Part shown: piece by piece, positions 1-9,263 of the stretch | Layout: every line of letters begins with the position of its first letter | Numbering within the stretch: the first letter of the stretch is position 1 | Source of the DNA: Dehalococcoidia bacterium | GTDB lineage: Bacteria > Chloroflexota > Dehalococcoidia > UBA2979 | Direction: 5' to 3' | Length of the DNA stretch: 64,000 nucleotides | NCBI GenBank assembly: GCA_964291495.2 | Contig: OZ219871.1 | Span: 512,001-576,000 of the forward strand | Notes under the pieces: model-generated | Databases searched by the model: none | Told to the model about the DNA's origin: nothing | Seen by the model: the letters and a program-made list of their open reading frames with translations, nothing else | Translations under genes and position numbers: made by a program

Positions 1-1
1 C

Positions 2-64
2 CAGGCCGACTATGACCTCATGATCGCCAAGCAGAAGATAGAGCCGGCAGCCCGCGCGTCGTAA
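2..64 (+). CDS. 3' end of a gene entering from the left edge (QADYDLMIAKQKIEPAARAS*), product unknown
   Basis: Open frame 2 ending TAA at 62-64, 25 bp before the next gene. Confidence 0.5.
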   Translation, partial: QADYDLMIAKQKIEPAARAS

Positions 65-89
65 CCGCCGGCAAGAGACGAGGACGCCG

Positions 90-1007
90 ATGAGCCTGAA
101 GCTGGGCATCCACACCGGGCCGCAGGATCTCTCGATGGAGGAGCTGCTGCGGGTCTGGCGGCGCGCGGACGAGGCCGGGTTCCACTGGGCCTCGGTCTGG
201 GATCACTTCTACGCCAATCCCCTGAACCTGCGCGAGGACCCCTGCTTCGAGGGCGTCGCCTCGATGGCGGCGCTGGCCGGGGCGACCAGCAACATGCGCG
301 TCGGCTGCCTCGTCTTCTGCGCGCTGTTCCGCAACCCCAGCCTGCTCGCCAAGGCGGCCGTCACGATCGACCACCTCTCCGGCGGGCGGGCAGAGATCGG
401 CATCGGCGCCGGCTGGTTCGAGGAAGAGTTCCGCGAGTTCGGCTACGACTTCCCGCCGCTCGGCCAGCGCTTCGAGCAGCTCGAGGAGACGTTGCAGATC
501 GTGCGCTCGCTGTGGCGCGATCCCGTGACGAACTTCGAGGGCAAGTACTACCGGCTCCCGGGCGCGGTCGGCAGCCCCAAGCCGCTCAACCCGAACATGC
601 GCCTCTGGGTCGGCGGCAACGGCCCGCGGCGTACGCCGCGCCTCGCGGCCCAGTACGCCGACGGCTACAACGTCCCCTACCAGCCGCCCGAGGTCATCCG
701 CGAGCGCCTCGACGCGCTCGGGCAGGCGTGCGAACGCCTGGGCCGCGACCCCGCCGAGATCGAGACGAGCGTCAACCTCCGCTTCCACATGCGCGCCCAC
801 GCCGGCGACAGCGACGCCGATCCGCCCGACAACTACGTTCCCGGCTCGATCACCGGCACGGCGCAGCAGGCCGTCGACCGCATCGGCGAGTACGTCGAGA
901 CGGGCGTCGGTGGCGTCAACATCGCCTTTCGGCCGCCGATCAACTGGGACGCCTACGAGGCCTTCATCGAGGACGTCCTGCCGGTCTTCCACACGGCGAG
1001 CGCCTGA
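90..1007 (+). CDS. LLM-class (luciferase-like, probably F420-dependent) oxidoreductase
   Basis: WDHF, LAKAAVTIDHLSGGR, GIGAGW motifs; GAGGA RBS. Confidence 0.9.
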   Translation: MSLKLGIHTGPQDLSMEELLRVWRRADEAGFHWASVWDHFYANPLNLREDPCFEGVASMAALAGATSNMRVGCLVFCALFRNPSLLAKAAVTIDHLSGGRAEIGIGAGWFEEEFREFGYDFPPLGQRFEQLEETLQIVRSLWRDPVTNFEGKYYRLPGAVGSPKPLNPNMRLWVGGNGPRRTPRLAAQYADGYNVPYQPPEVIRERLDALGQACERLGRDPAEIETSVNLRFHMRAHAGDSDADPPDNYVPGSITGTAQQAVDRIGEYVETGVGGVNIAFRPPINWDAYEAFIEDVLPVFHTASA

Positions 1008-1019
1008 GAGGCTGGACTG

Positions 1020-2102
1020 ATGCTTGAACGGTTCCACGTCCCCTCGGAGATCGAGGTCCGCGTCGATCCCGGGGTGATGCGCGCGACCGTCGAGGACCTG
1101 TTCGTCGCCCTCGGCATGCCGCGCCATCACGCCGAGCAGTCGGCGGACGTGCTGCTCTACGCGGACGTCCGCGGGATCGACTCGCACGGCGTCTCGAACA
1201 TGCTGCGCCGCTACGTCGAGTCGATTCGCGACGGCAACACGAACCTTGAGCCGCGCTGGCGCATCACGCACGACAGCCCGGCCGCCTGCACGATCGACTC
1301 GGACGGCGCGCACGGCGGTGTGATCGGGCCCGAGGCGATGCGCATCGCGATCGGGCGGGCGCGCGAGTACGGCATAGGCTCGGTCGCCGTCTACAACGGC
1401 GGCCACTACGGCGCCTCGGCCTACACCGCCGCGATGGCCCTCGAGGAGGACATGATCGGCGTCTCGATGACCGCAGGCGGCGTCAATGTCACGCCCACCT
1501 TCGGCGCCGAGCCGCTGGTCGGCCTCAATCCGATCGCGATCGCCGTACCCACCCGCGAGGAGCCTCCGTTCATCTTCGACGCCTCGATGAGCTCGGTGGC
1601 GGGCAACAAGATCCGGCTCGTGCAGCGCCTCGGCGCCAACACGTTGCCCGGCTGGATTGCCGACGAGGACGGCGCGCCCATCATGGAGGAGCAGCCGATC
1701 CCGGAGGCGCACATGATGCTGCCCCTCGGCGGCACGCGGGAGATCGGCTCGCACAAGGGCTACGGCCTCGCCGTGATGATCGAGGTGCTGACGAGCCTGC
1801 TCTCGGGCGGAGCGGCGGGGCCGGACCGTCGCGCCAGGCAGGCGCACCACCTGCTCGCCTACCGCATCGACGCGTTCACGGACCTCGAGGGGTTCAAGGA
1901 CGACATGGACGCCTACCTGCGCCGCCTGCGCGAGGCCAGGACCGCGCCCGGCGAGGAGCGCGTCTACTACGCCGGCCTGCCCGAGCACGAGGAGGAGGCG
2001 TTCCGCCGCGAGCGCGGCATCCCCTACCACCCCGAGGTCATCGAGTGGTTCCGCGACATCCTCGCCGAGCTGGGCATCGAGGACCGCCTGCCGGCGTCGT
2101 AG
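1020..2102 (+). CDS. Ldh_2-family (malate/L-lactate/ureidoglycolate-type) dehydrogenase
   Basis: ADVRGIDSHG, GLNPIAIAVP, FDASMS, GSHKGYGLA motifs. Confidence 0.9.
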   Translation: MLERFHVPSEIEVRVDPGVMRATVEDLFVALGMPRHHAEQSADVLLYADVRGIDSHGVSNMLRRYVESIRDGNTNLEPRWRITHDSPAACTIDSDGAHGGVIGPEAMRIAIGRAREYGIGSVAVYNGGHYGASAYTAAMALEEDMIGVSMTAGGVNVTPTFGAEPLVGLNPIAIAVPTREEPPFIFDASMSSVAGNKIRLVQRLGANTLPGWIADEDGAPIMEEQPIPEAHMMLPLGGTREIGSHKGYGLAVMIEVLTSLLSGGAAGPDRRARQAHHLLAYRIDAFTDLEGFKDDMDAYLRRLREARTAPGEERVYYAGLPEHEEEAFRRERGIPYHPEVIEWFRDILAELGIEDRLPAS

Positions 2103-2113
2103 CTTCCTGCCCG

Positions 2114-2917
2114 TCAGCGGCCGGTGTACTGCGGGGGGCGGTTCTCCTCGTAGGCGCGGATCGCCTCTTTGTGGTCCTCCATCTGCAGGGAGAGCCACTC
2201 CAGCGACGAGGCAGGCAGCTGGCCGAGCAGCACCTCCTCCTCCAGCCGGCGGTTGAGCGACATCTTCGTCCAGCGCACGGCCAATCGCGGGTTCGCCGCG
2301 ATCCGCCTCGCGAGGTCGAGCACGCGTCCCATCAGCTCCTCGCCCGGCACGACCTCGCTGAACAGGCCGATGCGCTCGGCCTCGGCGGCGTCGATCAGGT
2401 CGCCGGTGAGCAGCAGCTGCTTCGCCTTCTGCAGGCCCAGCAGGTGCGAGAAGATCACGGTGCCGCCGTCGCCGGGCACCATCCCCAGCTTGATGTGCGA
2501 GTCGCCGATGCGCGCCGTGTCGCTGGCGATCACGATGTCGCAGAACAGCGCGAGGGTCGCGCCGGCGCCGACCGCGACGCCGTTGACCGCGGCGATGATC
2601 GGCGGTTCGAGGGCGAGCAGGCCGCGGATGATGTCGTGGCGTCCCGGCTTCGGGATCGCCCAGGCATGGTCCTCGTCGCCGGTGTTGCGGTCGGACATTG
2701 CCTTGATGTCGCCGCCGGCGCAGAAGGCCCGTCCGGCGCCCGTGAGCACGACGACGTGCACGGCCGGGTCGCGGTTGATGTCGTGGAAGATGCGCTCGAG
2801 CTCGTCGAGCATCGGCGGGTGCGTCGCGTTCAGCCGCTCAGGGCGGTTGAGGGTGATCGTGAGGATGCCCTCGTCGTCGAGCGCGATCTTGAGGAACTCG
2901 TAGCCCTCGTAGTCCAT
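2114..2917 (-). CDS. Enoyl-CoA hydratase/isomerase family protein
   Basis: TLNRPERLNA, AFCAGGDI, IAAVNGVAVGAG crotonase motifs. Confidence 0.9.
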   Translation of the reverse strand: MDYEGYEFLKIALDDEGILTITLNRPERLNATHPPMLDELERIFHDINRDPAVHVVVLTGAGRAFCAGGDIKAMSDRNTGDEDHAWAIPKPGRHDIIRGLLALEPPIIAAVNGVAVGAGATLALFCDIVIASDTARIGDSHIKLGMVPGDGGTVIFSHLLGLQKAKQLLLTGDLIDAAEAERIGLFSEVVPGEELMGRVLDLARRIAANPRLAVRWTKMSLNRRLEEEVLLGQLPASSLEWLSLQMEDHKEAIRAYEENRPPQYTGR

Positions 2918-2945
2918 GGTCGCGGCCTCCCGTCTGCCGGGACGC

Positions 2946-3974
2946 TCAGTCCACCCGCACGAACTTCTGGACCGCGCGGGAGCCGCGGTCGATGCCGCGG
3001 TAGGTGTCGGGGAGGTCGCCGACGTAGATGCTGCCCTCGGAGTCGAGCGTGATGCCGTGCGGGCCGATCACCATCCCGGCGTCGAGGCTCTCCGCCGGGC
3101 ACTGCACGAGCGGCAGCGCGTTCTCCGGGCACTCGCAGCCCTCGTCGCCCCAGCCCGCGACGCGCTGGCCGTCCGGGCTCCAGATCGTGATCCGGTGCAG
3201 CAGCTCCGCGATGTAGACCGTACCGTCCGCGCCGACCACCAGGTCGTCCGGCAGGTGCACGCCGGGCCACTCCTCGAGGTACTCGCCGTCGAGGTTGAAG
3301 AGCTGGATGCGGCTGTTCATGCGGTCGCAGACGTACACGCGCTGATTGTGGTCGATGAAGATCGCGTGCGGCGTGCTGAACTGGCCGGGCCCGTCTCCGG
3401 GGCTGCCGAAGGTGAACTTGTGGTCGCCGCCGGCGTCGAAGACGTGGATGTGGCTGTTGCCGTAGCCGTCGCTGACGTAGAGGTCGCCGTTTGCGGCGAC
3501 GGCCACGCGCGTCGGCCGGTTGAACGGCACTCCGCCCTGGTCCGGCATGTTGATATGGCGCCGGCCGATGGCGAGCAGCAGCTTGCCGTCCGCCGTGCAC
3601 TTCTTGACGAGGTGGTCGCCGGTGTCCGCCAGCCAGACGTCGCCGGCCTGGTCGATCGTGATGCCGTGCGGGGTGGTGTGCTCGTCGTCGCCCCACCAGT
3701 CGAGGAAGTCGCCGTCCTTGTCGTAGATCTGGATCGGGCGGCTCGAGCGGTTGTAGACGAAGAGGTTGTCGGCGGCGTCGACGGCCACGCCGGCGACGTC
3801 GCCGAGCGACCAGCCGCGAGGGCGCCGCGCCCAGTTGTCGATCACGCGGTAGCGGTGCGCGCCCTCGCCGAACACCGTGTCCGGCGTGTGGACCCAGCGC
3901 GTGAACGGCTCGGTGAGCTGGCCGGGTACGGCGGCCGAGCGCTCCCACGACGCCTTCTGCACGTCAAGACTCAC
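2946..3974 (-). CDS. NHL-repeat beta-propeller, peptidyl-alpha-hydroxyglycine alpha-amidating lyase-like
   Basis: Repeated PHGITID / FNRPTRVAV / YVSDGYGN / GQFSTPHAI / VYVCDRMNSRIQ; GTG start after GGAGG (alternative TTG at 3983). Confidence 0.8.
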   Translation of the reverse strand: MSLDVQKASWERSAAVPGQLTEPFTRWVHTPDTVFGEGAHRYRVIDNWARRPRGWSLGDVAGVAVDAADNLFVYNRSSRPIQIYDKDGDFLDWWGDDEHTTPHGITIDQAGDVWLADTGDHLVKKCTADGKLLLAIGRRHINMPDQGGVPFNRPTRVAVAANGDLYVSDGYGNSHIHVFDAGGDHKFTFGSPGDGPGQFSTPHAIFIDHNQRVYVCDRMNSRIQLFNLDGEYLEEWPGVHLPDDLVVGADGTVYIAELLHRITIWSPDGQRVAGWGDEGCECPENALPLVQCPAESLDAGMVIGPHGITLDSEGSIYVGDLPDTYRGIDRGSRAVQKFVRVD

Positions 3975-4072
3975 GGCCCGCAATCCTCCCCCTGATCAGC
4001 GCGGCGCACGCCGGCAAGTCCCGGACGTGCGCCGCGTGATGACCGTCCGCGCTGTCCGCGCGGCGGCTAGTC

Positions 4073-5884
4073 CTACGAGTCCTCGACCCAGATCTCCTCG
4101 AAGAGATGGGCCTTGACGTTGCCGCCACCGGCGAGACCGAAGCGGAACCCCTTGACCCTGTTCTTCCAGAACATGAAGCCCTGACCGCGCAGGCCGGGTG
4201 CGATGTACATGTTCTGCAGGATGTGGATCTCGATGGCGTGGTACACCTCGCGCCGCGCCTCGAGGTCGAGGATGCCGCGCTGCTGGTCGATCATCTCGGT
4301 CAGCACCGGGTCGTCGATGCCGTAGGGGTTCTGCGACCCGCCGGGGTGGAAGGTCTGCAGGAACGAGTGGTCCACCGTGTCGCCGCCGCCACGCGTCGTC
4401 GACTGGAAGACGAAGTCCTCGTTCGCGTCGGCGTGCTCGGTGGAGATGATGCCGCCCCTGGGCAGGATCTTGAGCTCGGTCTTGATGCCGATCCCGGCGA
4501 GCTCCGCTTGCAGCACTTCGTTCTGCGTCACGTAGAACTCGCCCGTGTGCTGGGGCACCTCGAGCTCGCCGCCGACCGCAGCCTGCACCAGCTGGGCGGC
4601 CGCCGCGATGTCCTCCTCCTTCTCCGGGCGGAAGCCCGGCTGCTGGAGGATCAGCTCGTCCGGGAGGGTGAAGTACGGGTCGCGGCCGCCGGGAGTCGAC
4701 AGCGAGGCGAAACCTTCGTACTGGAACTGGGCGAGCGCCTGGCGGTTGAACACCAGGTGCACGGCCTGGCGCAGCCGGATGTCGTTGAACGGCTCCTTCT
4801 GGACGGCGAAGACCACGCCGCTGTAGCCGCGGAAGTCGCCGCTGGAGTTCCAGACCGTGAGGTCGTCCTCCTCCTTCAACTGGATGCCGAAGCTGTTCGG
4901 CCAGACGCGCGCCGGCCCATCGATCTCACCCGCCTTGAAGAGGCCGAACTGTACCGAGTCGTCCGGGATGATCCGGTACTCGACAGCGTCGAGGTAAGGC
5001 CGGCCGGCGCGCCAGTAGTCCGGGTTCCGGACGTAACGTCCGCCGACGCCCTCCTCGTGCGACTCGGAGAGGAACGGCCCGGTGCCGATCAAGGCCCGCG
5101 GGTCGTTCAGGTCGTCCCCGGCGAACCCGATGACCTCGGGCGCGACCATCGCGTTGTAGAGCGAGGCCAGCGCGTCGAGGAAGTTCGCATCCGGCTGTGT
5201 GAGGTTGAACTGGATTGTGTTGTCGTCGACGGCGTCGACGCTCTCGAGCGACGAGAATATGAAGGCACGAGGCGACCAGTCCCTGAAGGCGATGCGCTCC
5301 ACGTTGAGCTTGGCGTCCTGGGCCGTGAACGGACGTCCGTTGACCGGCGGGAGGTTCTGCCACTTCGCGGCCGGGTCCAGCCTCGCAACGAGCGTGGTGT
5401 CGCCCGTCCACTCCCAGTCGACGACGAGATCGCCGGAGGCGAGCAGCGTCTCCGGATCGGGCACGAACAGGCTGTTGCCGACCAGGCCCCAGTGGTCCTG
5501 CGTCTGGATCGGCGATGTCGCGCGATGCGGGTCCCACGAGGTGCGGGAGCGGAAGAAGACCGTGACGATCTCGCCTCCCCGCTTCGCCGCGTCGGGGTCC
5601 GGCGTCGGCGTGGGCGTGGGAGTTGGCGTTGGCGGCGGCGTCGCGCGCGTGGGTGGGGGCCTCGGTGTGGCCGTCGGTGTGGCGGCCGCCTCCGTGGGTG
5701 TCGCCTCAGCCGTCGCAGCGGCGGCCGTTGGCGCAGGCGTGGCCGGCGCGGGCGCCGGCTCGTCGTCATCGTCGTCGCAACCGATGAGCGCGGCCGTTGC
5801 GAGCCCGGCGGCGCCGATCGCGCCGCCTCGCAGCAGCGCGCGGCGGCTGAGTATTCCTCGCATCTCAAACAGGCTGTCTGGCAT
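4073..5884 (-). CDS. ABC transporter substrate-binding protein, family 5 (Tat lipoprotein)
   Basis: SRRALLRG twin-arginine signal, ALIGC lipobox, Pro/Thr/Ala linker, GTGPF and RNPDYW motifs. Confidence 0.88.
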   Translation of the reverse strand: MPDSLFEMRGILSRRALLRGGAIGAAGLATAALIGCDDDDDEPAPAPATPAPTAAAATAEATPTEAAATPTATPRPPPTRATPPPTPTPTPTPTPDPDAAKRGGEIVTVFFRSRTSWDPHRATSPIQTQDHWGLVGNSLFVPDPETLLASGDLVVDWEWTGDTTLVARLDPAAKWQNLPPVNGRPFTAQDAKLNVERIAFRDWSPRAFIFSSLESVDAVDDNTIQFNLTQPDANFLDALASLYNAMVAPEVIGFAGDDLNDPRALIGTGPFLSESHEEGVGGRYVRNPDYWRAGRPYLDAVEYRIIPDDSVQFGLFKAGEIDGPARVWPNSFGIQLKEEDDLTVWNSSGDFRGYSGVVFAVQKEPFNDIRLRQAVHLVFNRQALAQFQYEGFASLSTPGGRDPYFTLPDELILQQPGFRPEKEEDIAAAAQLVQAAVGGELEVPQHTGEFYVTQNEVLQAELAGIGIKTELKILPRGGIISTEHADANEDFVFQSTTRGGGDTVDHSFLQTFHPGGSQNPYGIDDPVLTEMIDQQRGILDLEARREVYHAIEIHILQNMYIAPGLRGQGFMFWKNRVKGFRFGLAGGGNVKAHLFEEIWVEDS

Positions 5885-6020
5885 AGAGCCCCCCTCTGAG
5901 CCAACTGGTCTGGCGACAGTCCTGCCGTAGCAGCCCCGGATGGCGTGGCTACGACACGGACGTGATGGGCAGAATCCTAGCAGGTTCGCCAAGCGTCCGT
6001 TGGCAGCACCACCTCACCCG

Positions 6021-6047
6021 CCGCGCAACCGCGGATCGAGGACGTCG
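6021..6047 (-). repeat. Orphan copy of the DppC permease 3' end (reads DVLDPRLRGG*), direct repeat of 8329-8355
   Basis: ccgcgcaaccgcggatcgaggacgtcg vs ccgcgcagccgcggatcgaggacgtcg, 26/27 identical; in-frame TGA at 6016-6014. Confidence 0.8.
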
Positions 6048-6062
6048 TGGTGCGCGCTCCGC

Positions 6063-8291
6063 TCACCCCGCCTGGTCCGGGTCGCTCTGGTCGTCCCCAA
6101 GCTCGAAGTCCACATGGTGGATGGTGCCGCCGAACGGGAACGGCGAGCGGTAGAGATCGCTCACGGCGGTCTTCGAGTCCTGGCCGATGTCCAACCCCTC
6201 GATCGCAACCAGGCCGGCGAACGTCCCGGCGATGGAACCGCCGCCGACGAGGGCGCCGTCGACGTAGAGGCTCGCTTCGCCGGTCAGGTCTCCGCTCTTC
6301 TCGAACCGCATGCTCACGCTGGCGCGGCCGGGGGGCACGTCCGTTTCGGAGACGATCCGGGTGCGTCCGGGCTGGTGGTTGTACTCGAAGATCAGGCGAC
6401 CGTCCTGGATGAAGAAGCTGTAGCCCCCCGTGATCCCGCCGCGTGCCACGATCACGCCTTCGTCGTCCGCGGTCCGTCGCTCGATCGCCGCCGTAATCGT
6501 GTACGAGCGGTTACGAGTATCCGGAGCCGCGTTCGACGGGATATGAGCAATGCCCGCGTAGCAACGGAAGCGGCTCTGTTCGGCCGGGGTGCCCGGGGGC
6601 GCGGGCAGCGACAGCGTACCGTCGAGGCGGGTGTCCAGCGGCAGGATGTCGTAAAGACCGGCAGCAACCCACCAACGCTCCACCAACTCCCGGAGCTTCG
6701 GCGGGTACTCCACCGCGAGATCCTGACTCTCCGAAAAGTCCTCGTCCAGGTGGTAGAGCTCCCACTGGTCCTCTTCGAACTCCGTGGCGGGGTCGTGGTA
6801 GGCGACGGCCTTCCAGCCCTCGTGCCAGATGGCGCGATGGCCCGCCGTCTCGAAGTACTGCGTGCGCTTCCTGGTGGGTGCGCGCGGATGATCGAACGTG
6901 TACGCCATGCTGGTGCCATGGATCGGCATCTGGCGGGTTCCCTGATGCGTGGTCGGCGCCTCCAGATCGAGGAGCTCCATGATCGTCGGCGTGACATCCG
7001 TCATGTGATGGAACTGGCTGCGTGTCTCTCCGCCGTCCTTGATCCGCGCCGGCCAGCTGACGATCATCGGAACGCGGACGCCGCCCCCGTGCGTGTTGAT
7101 CTTGTAGCGCTTGAGCGGCGTGTTCCCGACCTGAGACCAGCCGTACGCCGAGAAGGAGTGGGAATCCGGCCCGCCGATCTTGTCGATGTTGGGCAGGTTC
7201 ACCGAATGATCGACCGGGATCTGGTTGTAGTTCACGAGGAACGTGCCGGTCGGCGATCCTGCCTTGGCCCCATTGTCGGACACAAGGATCGTGAGCGTGT
7301 TCTCGAGCTCGCCGATCGATTCGAGGTAGTCGAGCAGTCGTCCGATTTGCGCATCGGTGTGGTCGAGCATCGCGGCGAAGGCTTCCTGGAAGCGCGCGGA
7401 GACACGCTGGTCCTCGGCTGAGAGCTCGTCCCAGGGGAGCACGTCGTCGTTTCTGGGGGCGAGCTCGGTGCCGGTGGGGATGATCCCCATCGCCAGTTGT
7501 CGCTCGTAGACCTCCTGCCGTTCTACGTCCCACCCCCGGTCGAAGCGCCCGCGGTACTTCGCCAGCCACTCCGGAGGCGCCTGCAGCGGGGCGTGGCAGG
7601 CGCCGAACGCCAGGTAGAGGAAGAACGGCTTGCTGGGCATGAGCGAGTGCTGGTTGCGGACCATGGAGATGCTCTGGTCCACCAGATCCTCGCTCAGGTG
7701 GTAGCCCTCGCCCTCCGGCCGTGGCCGGGGATGGTTGTCCTCCGTCAGCACCGGCTCGAAGTGGTCGGTGAGGGAATCGAGGAATCCGTAGTAGCGCTCG
7801 AAGCCCTTCTGCAGCGGCCAGTTATGGAAGGGCCCAACCGCGGACGTCTCGGCGATCGGGGCCTGGTGCCACTTGCCGACCGCGAAGGTGCTGTACCCGT
7901 TGGACTGCAGCAGCTGCGCCAGGGTCGCCGCCGCGGGCGAGATCGCGCCGCGGCCGCGGGGGAAGCCCGAGTTCCAGTTCGGATTGTTGCCCATCCCGAC
8001 CGAGTGGTGGTTCCGCCCGGTCAGCAGGCTCGCCCGGGAAGCGGCGCAGACCGGCGGCACGTGGAAGTTCGTGTAGCGGACGCCCGCCTCGGCGAGCCGG
8101 TCCATGTTCGGCGTCTCGATCGCCGACCCGTAGCAGCCCAGGTGGGCGAAGCCGACGTCGTCCAGCACGATGATCAGGAAGTTCGGGCTTCCCGGCTCGG
8201 CCTCTACCGGGCGCGGCCACCACGGTATGGACTCGTGCAGGTAGCGACCGATGACGCCCTCGAACGCCGCGTCAGATCCCGCTTCTGACAT
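6063..8291 (-). CDS. Arylsulfatase (formylglycine-dependent family)
   Basis: PNFLIIVLDDVG, CAASRASLLTGRNHH, GKWH, SDNGA motifs. Confidence 0.92.
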   Translation of the reverse strand: MSEAGSDAAFEGVIGRYLHESIPWWPRPVEAEPGSPNFLIIVLDDVGFAHLGCYGSAIETPNMDRLAEAGVRYTNFHVPPVCAASRASLLTGRNHHSVGMGNNPNWNSGFPRGRGAISPAAATLAQLLQSNGYSTFAVGKWHQAPIAETSAVGPFHNWPLQKGFERYYGFLDSLTDHFEPVLTEDNHPRPRPEGEGYHLSEDLVDQSISMVRNQHSLMPSKPFFLYLAFGACHAPLQAPPEWLAKYRGRFDRGWDVERQEVYERQLAMGIIPTGTELAPRNDDVLPWDELSAEDQRVSARFQEAFAAMLDHTDAQIGRLLDYLESIGELENTLTILVSDNGAKAGSPTGTFLVNYNQIPVDHSVNLPNIDKIGGPDSHSFSAYGWSQVGNTPLKRYKINTHGGGVRVPMIVSWPARIKDGGETRSQFHHMTDVTPTIMELLDLEAPTTHQGTRQMPIHGTSMAYTFDHPRAPTRKRTQYFETAGHRAIWHEGWKAVAYHDPATEFEEDQWELYHLDEDFSESQDLAVEYPPKLRELVERWWVAAGLYDILPLDTRLDGTLSLPAPPGTPAEQSRFRCYAGIAHIPSNAAPDTRNRSYTITAAIERRTADDEGVIVARGGITGGYSFFIQDGRLIFEYNHQPGRTRIVSETDVPPGRASVSMRFEKSGDLTGEASLYVDGALVGGGSIAGTFAGLVAIEGLDIGQDSKTAVSDLYRSPFPFGGTIHHVDFELGDDQSDPDQAG

Positions 8292-8321
8292 GCCGTAGCC
8301 CGTCCTCCCGCGCGTTCGCGA

Positions 8322-9212
8322 CTACTCCCCGCGCAGCCGCGGATCGAGGACGTCGCGCAGCGCGTCCCCGAACATGTTGAAGGCGAACACCACCAGCGTG
8401 AGCGCCATCCCGGGGAACAGCACGAGCCAGGGATTGCTCGCGAAGTAGAAGCGCGATTCCTCGCCGCCGATCATGCGCCCCCAGGAAGGCGTGGGCGGCG
8501 GGACGCCAAGGCCGAGGAAGCTGAGCGCGCCCTCCGCGAGGATGACGCTGCCGAGGCTGACGGTCGCGATCACGATCAGGGGCGAGACCACGTTCGGGAA
8601 GATGTGCCGCACGATCACGCGCGGCGTGTTGGCTCCCACAACCCTCGCCGCCTCGACGTAGGTCGACTCCTTGACCGCGAGGGTGGAGCCGCGAACCACG
8701 CGGGAGTTGGCCGCGATCATCAGCACGCCGAGTACGAGCGTGACGTTGAGCGCGCTCGGCCCCAGCACGGCGACCGCCACCAGCGCAAGCACCAGCGGCG
8801 GATAGGCCATCACGCCGTCTACCACGCGCTGGATGACCATGTCGGCCTTTCCGCCAACGTAGCCTACCCAGAGCCCGAGGATGGTGGCCGCCCCGGTGCC
8901 GATCGCGACCGCCCCGAAGCCGATGAACACGGAGAGTCGCGCGCCGACGATGATGCGGCTGAACTGATCGCGTCCGAACGCATCCGTCCCGAAGGGGTGG
9001 TCCAGCGTGGGGCCGGAGAGGCGGGGCCCGACGGAGATCGCCGACGTCTCATACGGCACGATGTACGGACCGATCGCGCCGAGCACGATGAACAGCCCCA
9101 CGACCGCGGCGCCAAAGGAGCCCAGCGGTTGCTTGCGCAGAAAGCGCCACAGATTCCGGCGCAGCGAGAGCACGCGCCCGCGCGGACGGGAGAGGCTCGC
9201 CGCAGCCGTCAT
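8322..9212 (-). CDS. Peptide/nickel-type ABC transporter permease (DppC-like)
   Basis: HPFGTDAFGRD, YVEAARVVGA, RHIFPN, LSFLGLG, DALRDVLDPR. Confidence 0.93.
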   Translation of the reverse strand: MTAAASLSRPRGRVLSLRRNLWRFLRKQPLGSFGAAVVGLFIVLGAIGPYIVPYETSAISVGPRLSGPTLDHPFGTDAFGRDQFSRIIVGARLSVFIGFGAVAIGTGAATILGLWVGYVGGKADMVIQRVVDGVMAYPPLVLALVAVAVLGPSALNVTLVLGVLMIAANSRVVRGSTLAVKESTYVEAARVVGANTPRVIVRHIFPNVVSPLIVIATVSLGSVILAEGALSFLGLGVPPPTPSWGRMIGGEESRFYFASNPWLVLFPGMALTLVVFAFNMFGDALRDVLDPRLRGE

Positions 9213-9263
9213 CGCCAGTCGCCCATCGCTCTCACCGTCCCTGCCGCCCGGCTCGTGCGCCGC

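Noticed and set aside
18-2198. Long antisense or alternate-frame ORFs (e.g. 18..2198, 20317..22719, 23645..26566, 30443..32701, 48430..50802)
   Set aside because: Shadow ORFs of GC-rich coding sequence: Arg/Ala/Gly-rich, no family motifs, and overlapping well-supported genes.
5580-5770. Repetitive GC-rich tracts here and near 17120-17280, 25430-25600, 55040-55250, 57000-57400 and 63900-64000 as CRISPR or tandem repeats
   Set aside because: They encode Pro/Thr/Ala linkers of exported proteins; there is no repeat-spacer periodicity.
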